From Octopus vulgaris (lineage: Eukaryota), in the NCBI GenBank assembly GCA_951406725.2, contig OX597822.1, positions 93,310,001 through 93,374,000 of the forward strand: a stretch of 64,000 nt of DNA, given 5' to 3'. The position numbers were made by a program, and so were the translations under genes. This document shows, in pieces, positions 62,293-64,000 of this stretch. Under the pieces are notes generated by a model. The model was not told the origin of the DNA. It saw nothing but the letters and a program-made list of their open reading frames with translations, and did no database searches. Within the stretch, counting starts at the first letter, position 1. Each line of letters opens with the position of its first letter.

Positions 62293-62624
62293 AATATATG
62301 TAAACATGAACATACAGACACACGTACTCACGTACATATATAACCTACTTACATAGATACACACGCACACATATCATATGTGCAATAATGGCCGGATCAA
62401 TGGATGCATTTCTGTATGTGTGCACACGGGCACTTATGCATGCGTGTTTGTCTGTGTGTATGGACGGACGGATTTCGTCGCTTAGTGGAAATGTGCGGTA
62501 TGATAAGTATATTTTGTGAATAGTTGTTGGCATGGCTCTGACCACGAGTAATTATGAAATTATGAACCGACACAGCAATTTCAGTTCTTATGACAGCAGA
62601 TACTAACTCCTATTTTTGTAAGTG

Positions 62625-62656
<32 letters not shown>

Positions 62657-62726
62657 TGTATGTATGTATGTATGTATGTATGTATGTATGTATGTATGTA
62701 TGTATGTATGTATGTATGTATGTATC

Positions 62727-62826
<100 letters not shown>

Positions 62827-62879
62827 CACATAAATAAATATATTTGTAACTTTAAAGATAAGGAAACACATATATACAT

Positions 62880-63022
62880 GCGTAGGAGTGGCTGCAGAAT
62901 AAGTAGCTTGCTTACCAACCACATGGTTCCATGTTCAGTCCCACTGCGTAGCACCTTGGGCAAATGTCTTCTACTATAGCCTTGTGAGTGGATTTGGTTG
63001 AGAGGACTGAAAGAAACCCGTC

Positions 63023-63081
<59 letters not shown>

Positions 63082-63283
63082 GAATGGTTGTATACTGCCA
63101 ATCTAACGTGAACATCACCGCTTTTTAGCCCTAGGAAGAATCGACGCCTCCTGATGGCTTCCATGAGCTAAAAAGCGGTGGTGTAACCCCCTACTGTCAC
63201 GTTCACGTTAGATTGACGTATACAACCATTCTATCGCCCCACCACTGTACATATCTCTATGAGAGATTTAGAAATTTAATAGT

Positions 63284-63348
<65 letters not shown>

Positions 63349-63600
63349 CATATATATATATTATATGTATATATATGTGTGTGTATGTGTTTGTTTGCGT
63401 CTGTGTTTGTCCTCCCCCGCTCAACATCGCTTGACAACCGATGCACGTGCGTTTACGTCTCCGTAAGCTAGCGGTTCGGCAAAAGATACCGATAGAATAA
63501 GTACTAGGCTTATGAAGAATAAGTCCTGGGGTCGATTTGCTCGACTAAAGGTGGTGCTCCAGCATGGTCATAGTGAAATGACTGAAACAAGTAAAAGAAT
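62880..63600 (+). mobile_element. SINE B with a palindromic insert in its microsatellite
   Basis: Head 62880-63025, insert 63079-63290, tail 63400-63600. Confidence 0.85.
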
Positions 63601-63709
63601 ATATATATAAACATATACTACAAAGATATATCTTGATATATGATTGATTGATTGATTCTAGTTTCAGCCTATGAGCTGTGGCCATGCTGGGGCACCGCCA
63701 TGTATATTT

Positions 63710-64000
63710 TTTTTTACTTGTTTCAGTCATTTGACTGCGGCCATGCTGGAGCACCGCCTTTAGTCGAGCAAATCGACCCTGGGACTTATTCTTTGTTAGC
63801 CCAGTACTTATTCTATCGGTCTCTTTTGCCGAACCGCTAATGACGGGGACGTAAACACACCATCATCGGTTGTCAAGCAATGCTAGGGGGACAAACACAC
63901 ACACACAAACACACACACATACACATACACACATATATATATATATACATATATACGACAGGCTTCTTTCAGTTTCCGTCTACCAAATCCACTCACAAGG
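63710..64000 (-). mobile_element. SINE B 3' portion (runs off window)
   Basis: Matches 38470-38798. Confidence 0.9.

Overview
AT-rich, microsatellite-saturated animal DNA with no recognisable host protein-coding exon. The repeat content looks like a cephalopod (Octopus-type) genome, which is an inference from the SINE and microsatellite landscape. Almost all ORFs in the track are translations of (TA)n, (TATC)n, (CA)n, (TAA)n or (CAC)n repeats. The real content is: (i) at least four tRNA-headed SINE families, including a 7-unit 196-bp tandem array; (ii) decayed autonomous elements: a Helitron helicase, a near-full mariner with 27-bp TIRs, Tc1/mariner fragments, five R4/Dong-like 3' fragments in one (TAA)n field, an L1/Tx1-like 3' fragment and a CR1/L2-like fragment; (iii) several foldback elements and local duplications. 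The two most interesting signals were read by eye. First, about 11 minimal type-I hammerhead-ribozyme-like motifs occur in short Penelope/retrozyme-like repeats, including a G3-C8 swapped core, a U3-A8 core and a recurrent A6>U core. Second, a SINE with an L1/Tx1-like tail is repeatedly joined to the same site (G|GTATTTCGTC) inside its own family, which could explain the tandem array. Nothing here was checked by database search or folding software.
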